Shown: positions 1-12,100 of the stretch, in pieces | How positions within the stretch are numbered: the first letter of the stretch is position 1 | Layout of the letters: every line of letters begins with the position of its first letter | Source of the DNA: Podarcis gaigeae | Taxonomy: Eukaryota | Direction: 5' to 3' (one strand) | Assembly: GCA_964106915.2 (NCBI GenBank) | Contig: OZ066927.1 | DNA: 64,000 bases | Program-made: the position numbers and the translations under genes | The notes under the pieces: generated by a model | Told to the model about the DNA's origin: nothing | Database searches by the model: none | Seen by the model: only the letters and a program-made list of their open reading frames with translations

Positions 1-146
1 TTCAGGATGAGAACAGAAATCGTGCTCTGGCAGCGCAGTGGCAGCAGGAGGCCCCATTAGCTAAAGTGGTGCTTCAGGTTAAGAATAGTTTCAGGTTAAG
101 AACGGACCTCCGGTATGAATTAAGTACTTAACCCGGGGTACCACTA
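1..146. mobile_element. Tc1/mariner-pogo (Tigger-like) MITE, family A, truncated by the window edge
   Basis: Ends in ...GGTACCACTA|TA; near-identical to the full copies at 17999, 33469, 52942 and 54534. Confidence 0.8.
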
Positions 147-295
147 TATAGTCTTTCAAGGAGCACACGCAGGGGACAAGGTTCAGCTCTGAGCGGTTTG
201 CTAAGAGAAGAAAAATCGCCTCCCCGCTGCCTGGGTGCACTGGCCATAAATCGCCTTTTAGGCTTTTCCAGCAATTATCATGTTAGGATAAATCC

Positions 296-299
296 AATA

Positions 300-338
<39 letters not shown>
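296..338. repeat. (AAT)n microsatellite in PPIB intron 1
   Basis: Direct reading. Confidence 0.95.
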
Positions 339-482
339 CATTATTGCACAGAACCGGCCATAGGGCTTCTGCTGCTGCGGAATAGAGGGGTGCAAGCGCA
401 ACAGGGGGGACCCCCACCCTGCAGAGAAGTACAAGGGGGGAGGGGGCTGCAAATAAGGCCCCCCTCCCCCTCCCCCGCTCAC

Positions 483-647
483 CTTGGCCGTGACCTTGGG
501 CCCCTTCTTGCGCTCCTCCGCGTGAGCAGCCGGGAAGAGCAGCAGCAGCAGAGAGCCGCCCAGGCCCAGCAAGGCCGCGGCCGCCAGCAGCTTCATCTTC
601 CTCCGCTCGCAGCCCCAGCAGCGCCAACCCGGCCACAGAGCCCGCAT
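483..647 (-). CDS. PPIB: Peptidyl-prolyl cis-trans isomerase B (cyclophilin B), coding exon 1 (signal peptide); the rest of the gene lies left of the window. Start is either ATG 647 or ATG 596
   Basis: Translation ...ERRKMKLLAAAALLGLGGSLLLLLFPAAHAEERKKGPKVTAK followed by donor GTGAG at 482. It matches the vertebrate PPIB N-terminus (ERNMKVLLAAAL...DEKKKGPKVTVK), and PPIB is the conserved neighbour of CSNK1G1. Confidence 0.93.
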
Positions 648-649
648 CC

Positions 650-1040
650 GCCCCCTTCCCCTCTCGCTCGTCCTCCCCTCCCGCCTCCCCCGTGCGCAAT
701 GGTACAGCCCCGAGCCGGGCGGAGCGGAGTCCTGGGCGAGAGGGATTGGCCGCTTCCATCTCAGGAGAGGGGGAGGGAGGCCGTTCCCCACCCCCACCCC
801 GGGGGGCGTCGGCGGCTCCTGCGACAAAGGAATGCCACGTTTCCAGCTTCCGATTGGGCGGCGAGCTCGGCCAATGGGAAGCGGGCACGAGAGGCGCCGG
901 CGGCTGCGCGCCGCTTGGGCCAAGTGGCAGACAAAGGAGAGGAAGGACGCGCGGGGCGGGGACTACATTACCCAGCGAGCAGTGCGCGGCCGCCGGCGTC
1001 GTGCTCTTCGCTGAAGTTGCCGCCCTTCGCCTGTAGGGGG
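650..1040 (-). promoter_or_regulatory. PPIB CpG-island promoter with CCAAT boxes, an ERSE-like element, an XBP1/ATF6-like site and a ZNF143-like site
   Basis: CpG-rich; TGCCACGT 833-840; ATTGG 853-857; CCAAT-N9-GCACG 871-889; GACTACATTACCCAG 961-975; GC boxes. Confidence 0.75.
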
Positions 1041-1195
1041 CAGTGCAACCATCTGCATAGGATGGAGGAGGATGTTCTGTTTGTAGCCCTTTGGAAAAAT
1101 GGTTGCGTGTTAAAAGGATCAGACGTGTATAATTCCCATCCATAGCCAGATTTCCAGGGATCTGGCCCTGTTATGCTAGTGTCTAGTACACACTT

Positions 1196-1655
1196 TGTAG
1201 TTGTTGTTTAGTCGTGTCCGACTCTTCGTGACCCCCTGGACCAGAGCACACCGGGCACTCCTGTCCTCCACTGCCTCCCGCAGTTTGGTCAAACTCATGC
1301 TGGTAGCTTCGAGAACACTGTCCAACCATCTCGTCCTCTGTTGTCCCCTTCTCCTTGTGCCCTCCATCTTTCCCAACATCAGGGTCTTTTCCAGGGAGTC
1401 TTCTCATGAGGTGGCCAAAGTATTGGAGCCTCAGCTTCAGGATCTGTCTGTCCTTCCAGTGAGCACTCAGGGCTGATTTCCTTCAGAATGGATAGGTTTG
1501 ATCTTCTTGCAGTCCATGGGACTCTCAAGAGTCTCCTCCAGTGCCATAATTCAAAAGCATCAATTCTTTGGCGATCAGCCTTCTTTATGGTCCAGCTCTC
1601 ACTTCCATACATCACTACTGGCAAAAAAGCATAGCTTTAACTATACAGACATTTG
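1196..1655 (-). mobile_element. RTE-BovB LINE 3' fragment
   Basis: Peptides VMYGSESWTIKKADRQRIDAFELWHWRRLLRVPWTARRSN and LGKMEGTRRRGQQRTRWLDSV...GVTKSRTRL are typical of the BovB ORF C-terminus; (CAA)n tail. Confidence 0.9.
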
Positions 1656-1855
1656 TTGTATACACTTACCTGCTGCTTAGTGTGGTGTACTGCTACACAC
1701 ACAACGTATTTGCTCAATTCGGTGCAAACAGAGAAGCACGGGGCTATTAGATGCAAACTGGGTTTATGACTTACTTTGGCTTAAGACACTTGGCACATTG
1801 AGAAAGCAAAGGTATTAAAAAGCAAAGCAAAACATCTCAAAGATCCAGCTTATAA

Positions 1856-2160
1856 AAGAGTAAAGGGACCCCTGACCATTAGGTCCAGTCGTGGCCGACT
1901 CTGGGGTTGCGGCGCTGATCTCGCTCTATTGGCCGAGGGAGCCGGCGTACAGCTTCCGGGTCATGTGGCCAGCATGACTAAGCCGCTTCTGGCGAACCAG
2001 AGCAGCGCACGGAAATTCGGTTTACCTTCCCGCCAGAGCAGTACTTCTTTATCTACTTGCACTTTGACGTGCTTTCGAATAGCTAGGTTGGCAGGAGCAG
2101 GGACCGAGCAACGGGAGCTCACCCCGTCGCAGGGATTCGAACCGCCGACCTTCTGATCAG
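1856..2160 (-). mobile_element. Sauria-type SINE
   Basis: Closely similar to the copy at 47931-48262; tRNA-like B-box GGTTCGAATCCC on the minus strand; (ACCTTT)-like tail. Confidence 0.8.
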
Positions 2161-2381
2161 CATGATTTCGTGTTGCGCACTGCGCCAACCCTAGAAGTAC
2201 CGGAACAGGTTACTTCCGGGTTTCAGTGCTTGCATGTGTGCAGAAGCGCTAAATCGCGCTTTGCGCATGCGCAGAAGCACCGAATTTCGACCACCGTGCG
2301 CGCAGACACGGTGCTGCGGGTTGCGGACTCTGCGGACGTGCTTCCCGCACAGATCACGTTCGCAACCCAGGCGTCCACTAT
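2161..2381. mobile_element. Truncated Tigger-like MITE (CpG-rich, one TIR retained)
   Basis: Ends ...GCGTCCACTA|TA, resembling the other CAGTGG-type TIRs. Confidence 0.5.
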
Positions 2382-2578
2382 ACAGTACTGAGAATATAGG
2401 AAGCTGCCATGTATATACTGAGCCAGACCAATGATTTATCTAGCTCAGCGTTACCTGACTGACAGCAGCTCTCCAGGGTTTCAGGCAGGATTGATCCTCA
2501 GGAGTGATCCACAGCTCTACCACCAAGCTACAGCCGCTTCCTTTGAAGTGTTCTCTAAAATAGCATTGTGTAGTGTGC

Positions 2579-2695
2579 AAACCAACATGAGTTTGACCAA
2601 ACTGCAGGAGGCAGTGGAAGACAGGAGTGCCTGGTGTGCTCTGCTCCATGGGGTCACGAAGAGTCGGACACAACTAAATGACTAAACAACAACAC
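2579..2695 (+). mobile_element. BovB 3' end fragment
   Basis: Encodes TNMSLTKLQEAVEDRSAWCALLHGVTKSRTQLND; reverse complement of 1196-1300. Confidence 0.85.
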
Positions 2696-3589
2696 AACAG
2701 AGGGATATAAAATTATGCATGGTGTGGAGAGAGCAGACAGAGAAATGTATCTCTCCCTCTCTCATAATAGTAGCACTTGTAGAAGGTTAGAAGAATCAAA
2801 TTACATCTTCACACAGTGCAAAACTATGGAATTTGATCCCCCATGAGCAATGGTCACCAATGGATGGTTCTAAAAGTTAAATTCATTCTGAATTAAGGTT
2901 AATCACCATTACTAACCCTTTCTTCTTAATGTCAGTTGCTGGAAAACACAGGAAGGGGGAGTGCTGTTGTGCTTGGGTCCTATTTGCAGGTTTCCCACAC
3001 TGGCTTGATCCACAGGCTCTTATGTTTACTTAAACCTTATTCCTCATTCCGTTGCCCAACCATCCTAACAGAAGCATTTCAGAATTGTTCACTATCCCAA
3101 ATAACATGACAGCACTTGGCTACCTGGCCACTCACTCTGACTGCAGAGGATAGCATGCAAGTGAATGTAAAATACTGTGTTCAGTGTGCACATAGTACAC
3201 AACATATTCACTACAGCATCAAGACAGAGAGTAGTGTTTCATAACTTCTGCCTGATGATGACAAACAGCCTGGCGTTAGTAAACTAACCCAGTGCATGGT
3301 CTCAATTCAAAACCAAGGTGACAGAATTGAACATGAATGCTTCCTTTGTTGGTGAGACCATGGAAGCACAAAAGCACATGCAAGCTGTGTTTATGCTTCT
3401 TTTGCAAATATAATCTACGTTGCAAACATCTCCAGTTTTCTCTTAGACAATACAGTATTAGCATATTTTGTGGTTACTGGTTGGAAATGCAGTGTCTCAT
3501 CACAGGAGTAGCATCCTCTTTGTTTTCAAGATGCTAAATGTGATGGGACATGGCACCCGAGAGAAAATAAAAAGGACTACACAGATGTG

Positions 3590-6500
3590 AACAGAGCAAA
3601 TTTGATGGTTTATTTTACATTAAAAGGGTGCAAATAGGGGAAAGGGGGTTATTTAAGGTACACAACATTTCTTGCAATGTCCCATTAAAAACAGGCACAT
3701 CAGAAAAGATCAGTAGCAGGACCCAATTCCTGGCAAAGTGAAATCCAACTAGCGCCAGAGGAGCCTCCTGCACATCGTGTTTGTGAGCCCTTATCCTGAA
3801 CCGTTTCAAATGCATTTGAAATTGACATTCATGTTAAAAAATACTACGCTTCATGTTCACTGCCAAGTTCCAAGAGCAGTGCCAGGATTATATGAATAAA
3901 ACATTGCATTACACATTTAAAATAAAAAGATTAAAAATCAAAAGGCATTTCAACAAGAATCAGACATGTGCACACAATACTTTAAAAAAGATTTTTCACA
4001 GCTGATTTTTCTTTACAGTAACAAGAGTTGCACTCATTATCCCAATCATCCCATTTTTAAAAGCACAAAAGGCCTACATTAAAGAAACAGACTTAATAAA
4101 TTATACATCACAAAATTTCCAATGGGAACAAGCCACTTAACTGTGGTTTCCCTGTTTGGGGAAGATACAATATTTGGTATGGTCCACCTGCCCCCAAATG
4201 ATAATTCTCTTCTCTGCTTGGTAATTGCAAAGACAGACTTATCACTATCAAGTTGCTTTTCTAACTGGAGAAGATTAACCTGTTCCCAAGTTCCACAAGG
4301 TAGCCTATACAGTTATGCAGCAGTTATGCAGTTTGGAAAAGCATTTCTTAGAAAAAAAGTGATCATTTTCCTGAGACAGTCTTAAGAGGATGAGAGAGGC
4401 TATTTAAAGCCATTTTCCTGCCTGTGTTTGATTGGCATGCACCTGTCATTTCGGGGGGGGGGAGGATACTGAACTCAGAGCAGGCACTGGAACCAGGTGC
4501 TCAATGTAAGAGTGTCCCAGTCCCTCTCAGAAACCACACCCTCCAGAGGAGCAGTATTCTGAGGCAACAACTCCAGAACTAAATCCCCATGAGGTGCTGA
4601 AGTGGAGGTTCCTACTACATCACTAAGCTGAGGCAAGGGCATCCTGGTCAGAGACTGAGGTTTCCTCGCTATTAAGAAGTTTGGTAATAAAGCATGCAGA
4701 CTAAGCTGCAGCTCATCCTCAGACCCAAGGCCTGCTGCATAACAAATACTGAAGTAAAGATCTGCACCCCCTCCAGACATTCACACAGCAGAGAGTAATT
4801 CCTATAGTGGTTCATCTACAGCACAGATAGGAAGCCTGTGGCCCTCCAGATGTTGTTGGATTCCAGCTTCCGTTGGTCCCCGCCAGCATGGTCAGTGATT
4901 AGGGATTATGGGAGTTGTAGTCCAACAACATCTAGAGGGCTAGAGCTACCCCACCCGAGACCTGCAGTAAAACTATTAAGGGAGGCTTGAGAAATCAGTT
5001 CCCTTCCAGTCACTTACTGGGATATGCATAATACAAACACGGCACTGAGTACTGCCAAGGCAAGCAAAGTAGCCTGGCATTCTTAGGCCCTTTAACTGCT
5101 ACACATCATGCCAACATCAAGACCTGCAAAAAAGAAAAGGAAGCTCAATCGGTGAGGCTCAAAACCAATGGGAAAAAATAGCCTTCCAAGCCAAACAACG
5201 GGTACTTCCTTTAAGGCCTGATAAGCAATGGAGAAAGCATATTTTCCCTCTTCCCCCATCTTTAGTATTTTGAGAAAACGGGGCTTATGGCTTTGTATTT
5301 ATAGGGAGGTGCATATTTGGCAGTTCACACCCAGCAATACAACACCATCTTCAGACTACATACAAAGAAATGCTCACCATGGCAGTTTACCTTCCACAAA
5401 GCATCACTCATAAAAGCTCTTGGGAGAGCTTACAAGTTCCATTCGTCAAGGAGCAATATACATTTTGTTCCTCCATCCTGCATGCCATTATAAACCACGG
5501 ATGTGGAAAGATTTAAGTCATGCGTGCCTGTTTTGGACTACAGGGGCACTGGGCAGGTCATTTTGAAGAACAAGCGTCCCAGGAAGCAATAGTTTTTGAA
5601 GATAAATTCATGGCGTGTGTTTTAAAATACAAGATTAAGGCCTGAAAATTGAAAGGGAGAAAGGAATTCAAACCAGCCCCAAGGAAAAGAATTTTCTAAT
5701 TCTGCCACTGGCAATTTTCAGAGTGATATACTCATTACATCACAAGAAAGCTGCTTTTATAGAGACTAATGCAGATTAGCTATTTTAATTCCTTCCACCC
5801 TAAAAAGAAAGGCAACTGTTTGGTAGCAAAGTCTTGATCATGACTGTTTAAAATTCAAGAGGGTGGAGGGGTCTACAAAGGATTACCAGTCCATTTTACA
5901 GACACCTGCCTTTCCAAGCAACAAAACTGAAGGTAGATTTTGAATGAGCACTTGGAAGAACTACCCATGTCTTTTTTTAAGAATATGTGCTGACATGTTA
6001 TTCTCCGAGACCCAGAGAACATTAGAGGCCAGCTAGTCAGCTCCTGAAGCAAGGCAATCCCCACAATTAAGCAGATTTGGCCTTTGGAAAGACACACATC
6101 CAGTGATCAGAGGGAAAGGAGACCTATATAATCTTACTCATTCCTATTCACTAGCTTCTGACCGTTTGTTTCAAAATAATCAAATACCTTCAGCTTTGTT
6201 TTGCAAAGGATGGCGCTGATTTAGAACTGGAAGCAAAAGTAATTAGCTGTAGTATTATTGATGATCATCATAGTATTCTCTTCAAAACAGCTAAGATTGA
6301 ATAGTTAAGAATGAAGGGGGAGAAAGTCATTTTTACCACTGACTGTTCTCTGGGAAAATTAGCACATTTCAGAAATGGAGAAGAATTCTTGAAGATGGCT
6401 TCGGCTCCATGTTGCTTCATTGAAAATGGGAGGCTGCAGAGACAGCCCTGATATGAAGACACTGTATGGAAGCACTGGGAAACTGGGAGACTGTTTTGAT

Positions 6501-9100
6501 AAAATGGGCCAACACTTTGCATACATTCTCCCATATAGATGCTTAACAACTGAAATGTTCACTTGCAGTAGAAGAGGGTCGTACAAGTAATCCAGACCAA
6601 GTTAGTTTCTCTTGCTCCTTACCATGAGTCCACTAAATCTAGACTTTTACTCAAGTATCCCTACTGTGAGACATTTCTTACAGTTTGGTTTGGATAATAA
6701 CCTGCTTCAAGAGCACATGTTCCCTATATGCATACAAATATTTTCATTCAGAAGGAAGCTAGATCTCCTGAGCAATGGAGCAGAGAAGCAAAAGCAAGAT
6801 CGATTTCAACCATCAGACATTAAAAATAATGAAGACTTCTAAAGAAAAACAATTTGGGGGGGGGACTGTTTATTGTGTAGCTTCCTCCATTTGCAAATTC
6901 TAAGATGCTCCTCTGTGGAAGAGAACTAGACTGCAAAAGGACAGATGCGTGTGGTGCAGCTGGGAGCACAAAGATCAAGTTTTCATGAAATCTTACATCT
7001 CATATTTGATATTTCCCATGCCAAGAGCGGGAAGCAAGGCTCATTTTAGCAGGTGGCCTTAGAAACATTTAAAGAGAGTGTTAGTAGTCAGGAGGAATGG
7101 GCTGAGAAGTTTAAAAGGTCTTCTAAAAAAAGCAAACCCTTCTAATCAATGACTGATGGTGAAGAGTTCACTCCTCTTATCTGCATTTTAAATGCAATAA
7201 AAAGGCAATTGGCCACACTCAGAAAATGGATGCACAACTTTCTAGGATGGACAGCTCATGAGGAAAACAAGTCTACCATTTGGCTCAAGGGTTGAAGTAG
7301 TGTTGGGGGAACCAGGGAGAGGAAGGCAGTCAAAGCTCAGCCAAGCAAAGCTAAAAATGAGGCTTTTAGATTAAGAAGAATACTCAAGAAATTGACGGGA
7401 ACCAAAGGAGTTACTGCAGAGAGAGTTGCTTCTTCTCCCTGAGCAGGTTTCTTCTGTCTGTAGGCAAGGAGCTCCCAGAGTTTTTCCCAACAAGTTAAGA
7501 GGGTTATGGTCATGAGATAACTCCCTCCCCAAGGATTACTGTCTGAACTACAGCATTGTGGTGCCACCTATTAGGGAAGATGAGACACAAGATTTCAGGT
7601 ATCAAATTTCTGAAAAGGAAACATTTTCAGTTCACTTCAAGGCAGTAGGCAGAGGCCACACGGTATGTCCTGGCCTTTGGGGCCAACTCCCTCAAATTTC
7701 CAATTATTTGTCTCAAGCCATATCCACAGAAGATCTGCTGGAGTTCACAATCTCTGCCTTGGAGCACACTGAATGGAGAGCGGCCAATCCCATTTGGAAA
7801 GTCAGAATAAAACAAAGTTATCCAATTGCCTGGGGCATGTTAATAAGGAGCCCTGACTGCATAACAGAAAGAATCATAGGTAATACTCAGACTGCTCTGC
7901 TGGAAGCCACATGCTATTCTAGTCTGTATAGATGGCCTCGAACTTCTAAAAGGCCTGATAAAATATGTCATCTAAGGCAGTGGCAGTGTCCTCTCGCTGA
8001 TGAAATAGCTTTGCTCCCTTTAAATGGCCAAACTGCCTCATCCTTTCCACTTTCGGTTACAGTAGTCTGCATTTGCATTTCTGTGACCTGCCCAGAATTC
8101 AGCCCAGCTGACTTTTCTCCTTCCTGCCAGCAGAAAGACTTCCAATTCCAAGCAGGTTATGTCAGGCACCATGGAGAAAAACCACAAGAGGGGTGTTCAC
8201 TGACAGCTGGAAAGGGCAGCTGAAAATTCAAGTAAGCTTCAGTGCACAACCAACAGTGGGGTATGAAAACCCCTGAATAGTCCCAGGGGATTCCAAATGT
8301 GGTGGACAAACTAAGTCAAAGGGAGGCTTTGCACTCAAATACAAGCTGAACATGTGTGCTGGCATCATTCACACCCACAAGGGGGGGACGGGACACGCAA
8401 GTACAGCATACGCATACATAATGCTAAAAATAATTAAAAGTGCAACAACGTAAGTTCCTTTAGAACAACTGACACTTCTCTGTAACCATTCTGAGAAGGG
8501 AGATGCCACAGAAACCAGTAAATCAAGGCAACTGGAAATGTAGATTGCAGTTCTCTCGCCATTGGCTTACTATCATGGAATTCGTTGGAGTGCGATTAAG
8601 AAGGATCAGGTCTAAGCTGCCAGTGTAGTCAAAACTAAGCCGTTCGCAGCAAGAGGAGCTGGGTCCTCTGGAGAGCATCCTCTCTTCACCACCATCTTGA
8701 CCCCGCAGTTCATAAAGCCCCCCGCTGTTGGTGGGGGGGGAAAGCATGTCGAGAACAAAAGAGAAAGGGAGCAGGAACAAAAGCACATCCACCAGGAACG
8801 CCCTCTTTGCTGAACTGCTGTACAGACAGGAAGGTAGCCAGCCAACCTTCCAACAAGGGCAACGAGTGCTGAAAAGGATGCAATCCTGATTCCAAAAGGA
8901 GCTTCAAGCGTGGAGTGAGCAAGCGAGACCATTTAGGGAATCCACCTGAATGTTTATTTTGGAATTTCCCCCCCTTCCTCTCTTTTTGGTTTAATATGTC
9001 CCTTGTTTCTTGTCCTCTCCCCAAGAGAAGCCCCATTCAATAAGACGTGGCAGGAACAGCAGGTAAACAAAGTCCCCCAAAGACCTCAAGGAGACGCCTG
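3590..9100 (-). other. CSNK1G1: CSNK1G1 long 3'UTR (approximate end)
   Basis: Follows the stop codon at 9101; nearly TE-free; candidate AATAAA at 3609-3614 with a U-rich tract downstream. Confidence 0.55.
3609..3614 (-). terminator. Candidate polyadenylation signal of CSNK1G1
   Basis: AATAAA on the minus strand, followed ~40 nt later by TCCTTTTTATTTTCT. Confidence 0.5.
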
Positions 9101-9155
9101 TCATTTCTGGCGTTGGGAAGACTTCTTCCTTTTCCTCTTATAGAAGCAGCAGCAC
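9101..9155 (-). CDS. CSNK1G1: CSNK1G1 last coding exon (palmitoylation motif CCCFYKRKRKKSSQRQK*)
   Basis: Acceptor tttgtgctccag at 9156; matches the CK1-gamma C-terminal CCCFFKRKRKK motif; phase compatible with exon 24796-24902. Confidence 0.95.
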
Positions 9156-12100
9156 CTGGAGCACAAAGAACACAGCAAATCAATAGAGAGTACCGGGACC
9201 TCCAGCAAGCCCTCTCCTTCCAACACAAAGCATGTGACGTGGCCAACGTCTTCACTCTCAGAAACACACAACACACATGCTCCCAACACCCACCCTCTCC
9301 TGCAACAACAGATAAACTCAAGGCATTCAAAGCATCAAAGTAGTCCAATAATCACCACCAGGAACCTCCACCATGCTCTGGGGACCCATGTGATTTTTCA
9401 AGGGCTGTAATAACTTGAGGGTTACCATGACCAGTTCTAGCCTCTAGCTTTGGTATTATTTTCCAAACCAACATCATTTGCAACTAACGGGGAATGTGAA
9501 CATGGCACACAACTCAGAATTGCCACCCCCACCGCTGGCAGAAAGCTGCAAGAACACACACTTTTAACCAAGTTGCTTTCACCAACACAGATGATACATT
9601 TACTATACAAGAAACTATGAACAAACAGGATGCTTTTAGAGTGGAACCGTGGCTAAGAACTCCTAAGATAATTCTGAGACATGAAGAACCCTGGCATGGG
9701 ATGCTGCTGACACAGATGGACCTATGTAGCATAAGATGAGAAAATCCACCGCTGTTGCCTAAAAATACAAGAGGGATTGAAAAGAAGTGTGGAAGAATTA
9801 TTTAAACAACACGGGTTGGAATTCAACTGCTAAACACAAAGTTGTCTTGATGTGAAGTTTCCAAAACACTTGAAGTAGAATTCTAGAACAGTGACTTGAA
9901 CAAGAAATCGCCCTTGCTATAAAAACAGATGGAAAAAAACATGCTTTATAGGGAAGTGGACTTCAAGCAATCAATTTAATCTATGATTAATCAGAAATTA
10001 AAGTTGTAGTCATGACGATTTGTAGAAGATAATTTTATCAATTAAAAAAAATCAGTTATACAGGGTACCCAGATTTGTGTGCTTCCTCTTCTCTGTGTCG
10101 AGCTTGATGGGAAAAGGTACATTTTCTCCCAAGGTTAGCAGGTATTTTTTGCCTTACACCACAGATTTCCTTCTAGCATTAAGAACTACAGGAAACTGAA
10201 ACTTACGGTTGGATTCAATGCAAGTAAGTCTTTTAATTCTGTATTATCTTAAATGCTGGTGGGGTCTGAAATTGTTCAAATCTTGAAGCCATTTATATTC
10301 TGGTGTGATTGTCCATAATATCCTGTAATCCTAACTCTCAAAATGATACAAATAAAGATGTTTTTCGCCACTTTAGAAATGAGAGATAGGTTTTATCTGT
10401 TATTTGCTGTCTCATGTTGAAGAGCCACAGTGTCTTTCTGCCAAAATCACCACCACCAATACATACCCCCAAATTTTGGTAATATGGAAATTTAATCGAT
10501 CAAAAGCCAAGGTAGAATCAATTATTTTTTAAAGCAGAGTTTATAATTGATAAGGCAACAAAGATAAAGCAGGTGGATTTAACAACACGCTTAGAGTAGA
10601 TATTTTTGCTCTGAAGTAAAATGTATCTGGCATATGCATGAAAGCTGGATAAAACCTAGGCTTGGCTAAGCAGGATCTGCAGTAAAGGTGGACAGGCTTC
10701 ATGACTTGTGAGGTTACGTGGTTCTTTACCAGAACCCCAAGATCTACTAACCAGAGCCAGGTGCCAAAGACAGAAACATAGAATTAAAAAAATTATAAGG
10801 CCAGACATTTGCGTGTGTTTTTTCTTTCTTTTTGAGTACCAGAATGAAATGAAGTCATTCAATATAAAAAGCCCACTCCAGGTTATCATTTCAACTGCAT
10901 AATCTAGATCAAGAGAGTGTCATTTTGTTGTTAGAATGGTTAAACAGTTGGGAATCAGAAATCCTTGCAATCAACCTTCTTCCCAACACCACCCTACAAG
11001 ATTTTAGGAGATTATTTTTACAAATATCTTGAGAGACCAATAAAGACACAAGCAGGGAGGCAAGGCATTCCCATGCTTCAGCGGCTAGAAAGTTAAGCAT
11101 ATAATTACTAGATTAATAGTAAAATACCGTTCACAAAGTTAAATTGATAGCATGGTGGCAAATTTGCATTCAACAGGACATTTCTCTCAGATAACAAACA
11201 TGGAAAGATGATTTAATGATATTTTTTTTACAGATAATAGAGCCCACTCCATGTATACATATTGTGAACAGTTTTATATCAAATGTATTTGAGCAGTAAC
11301 TGGCACTCAAACTTATGCTCAAACACAAAATGAGTATTGTAGGGTAACTCCAATGGATTTCTCAACTCTTTCAGTTATACCCCAAAATAATAAATGATTG
11401 AATCTCTATCATAGCTGGGGTGGTTTTTTAAAAAAACACACACAAAAAAACCACATAGGCGGCAGTTAGTCAATGAAATGATTGGTCATCTTCCTAGGAT
11501 CTCAAGATTACACATTTATTAACAGCAACACAACTGGCTATTAGTCATAAATGAAAGAAAATTAACTTGCCCTCTATTGACCCCTGGTGCTTGAGGGTAT
11601 GGGCATGGCTTATTCAATTAAACTCACAAACGAGGTAACAGGGGAGGAAAGCAGCAAAGTGATTTATTGAAAGATTGAAGATTCCCTCACCCCTCAATAC
11701 TGGAATAATGAAGTCTATGAAAGATTGAACTTTTCAATCCCACTACATTCTGGGAATAAGTTGACCAACAGATGAATATCTGAATTAGCTAATTAAAAGC
11801 AAGTTAATACTGTTTAGATCATGATTTATTGTCATTAGATTTAATTAATATTTTTGTCTTCATTTGTTATTTATGTGTACTGTAATGTATAATTATTGTG
11901 GAATTATTGTGGAATAATTGCTTACATAATACTTAGTAGAAATAATATTTTTTTCAAAAAATTGCCGTGTTAGCAATTTATGGCCTAGAAGCCCTTCCCT
12001 GATAGGTCTCCTGCCCTTTGTGGTCAAAAAGGAATCACCCATTGCCTTCTCACAAATTAGATTATCCTCCAGGAGTTTTTCCTCCTTCCTTATAGCATGT

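Noticed and set aside
198-1145. Long ORFs (315, 286 and 221 aa) over the PPIB 5' region
   Set aside because: They are by-products of a GC-rich CpG island plus an (AAT)n tract; only 483-647 on the minus strand matches a real protein.
2100-2160. tRNA-like B-box (GGTTCGAATCCC on the minus strand)
   Set aside because: It is part of the SINE head, not a full cloverleaf.
7558-8223. 221-aa plus-strand ORF
   Set aside because: Non-ATG start, no recognisable domain, and antisense to the CSNK1G1 3'UTR.
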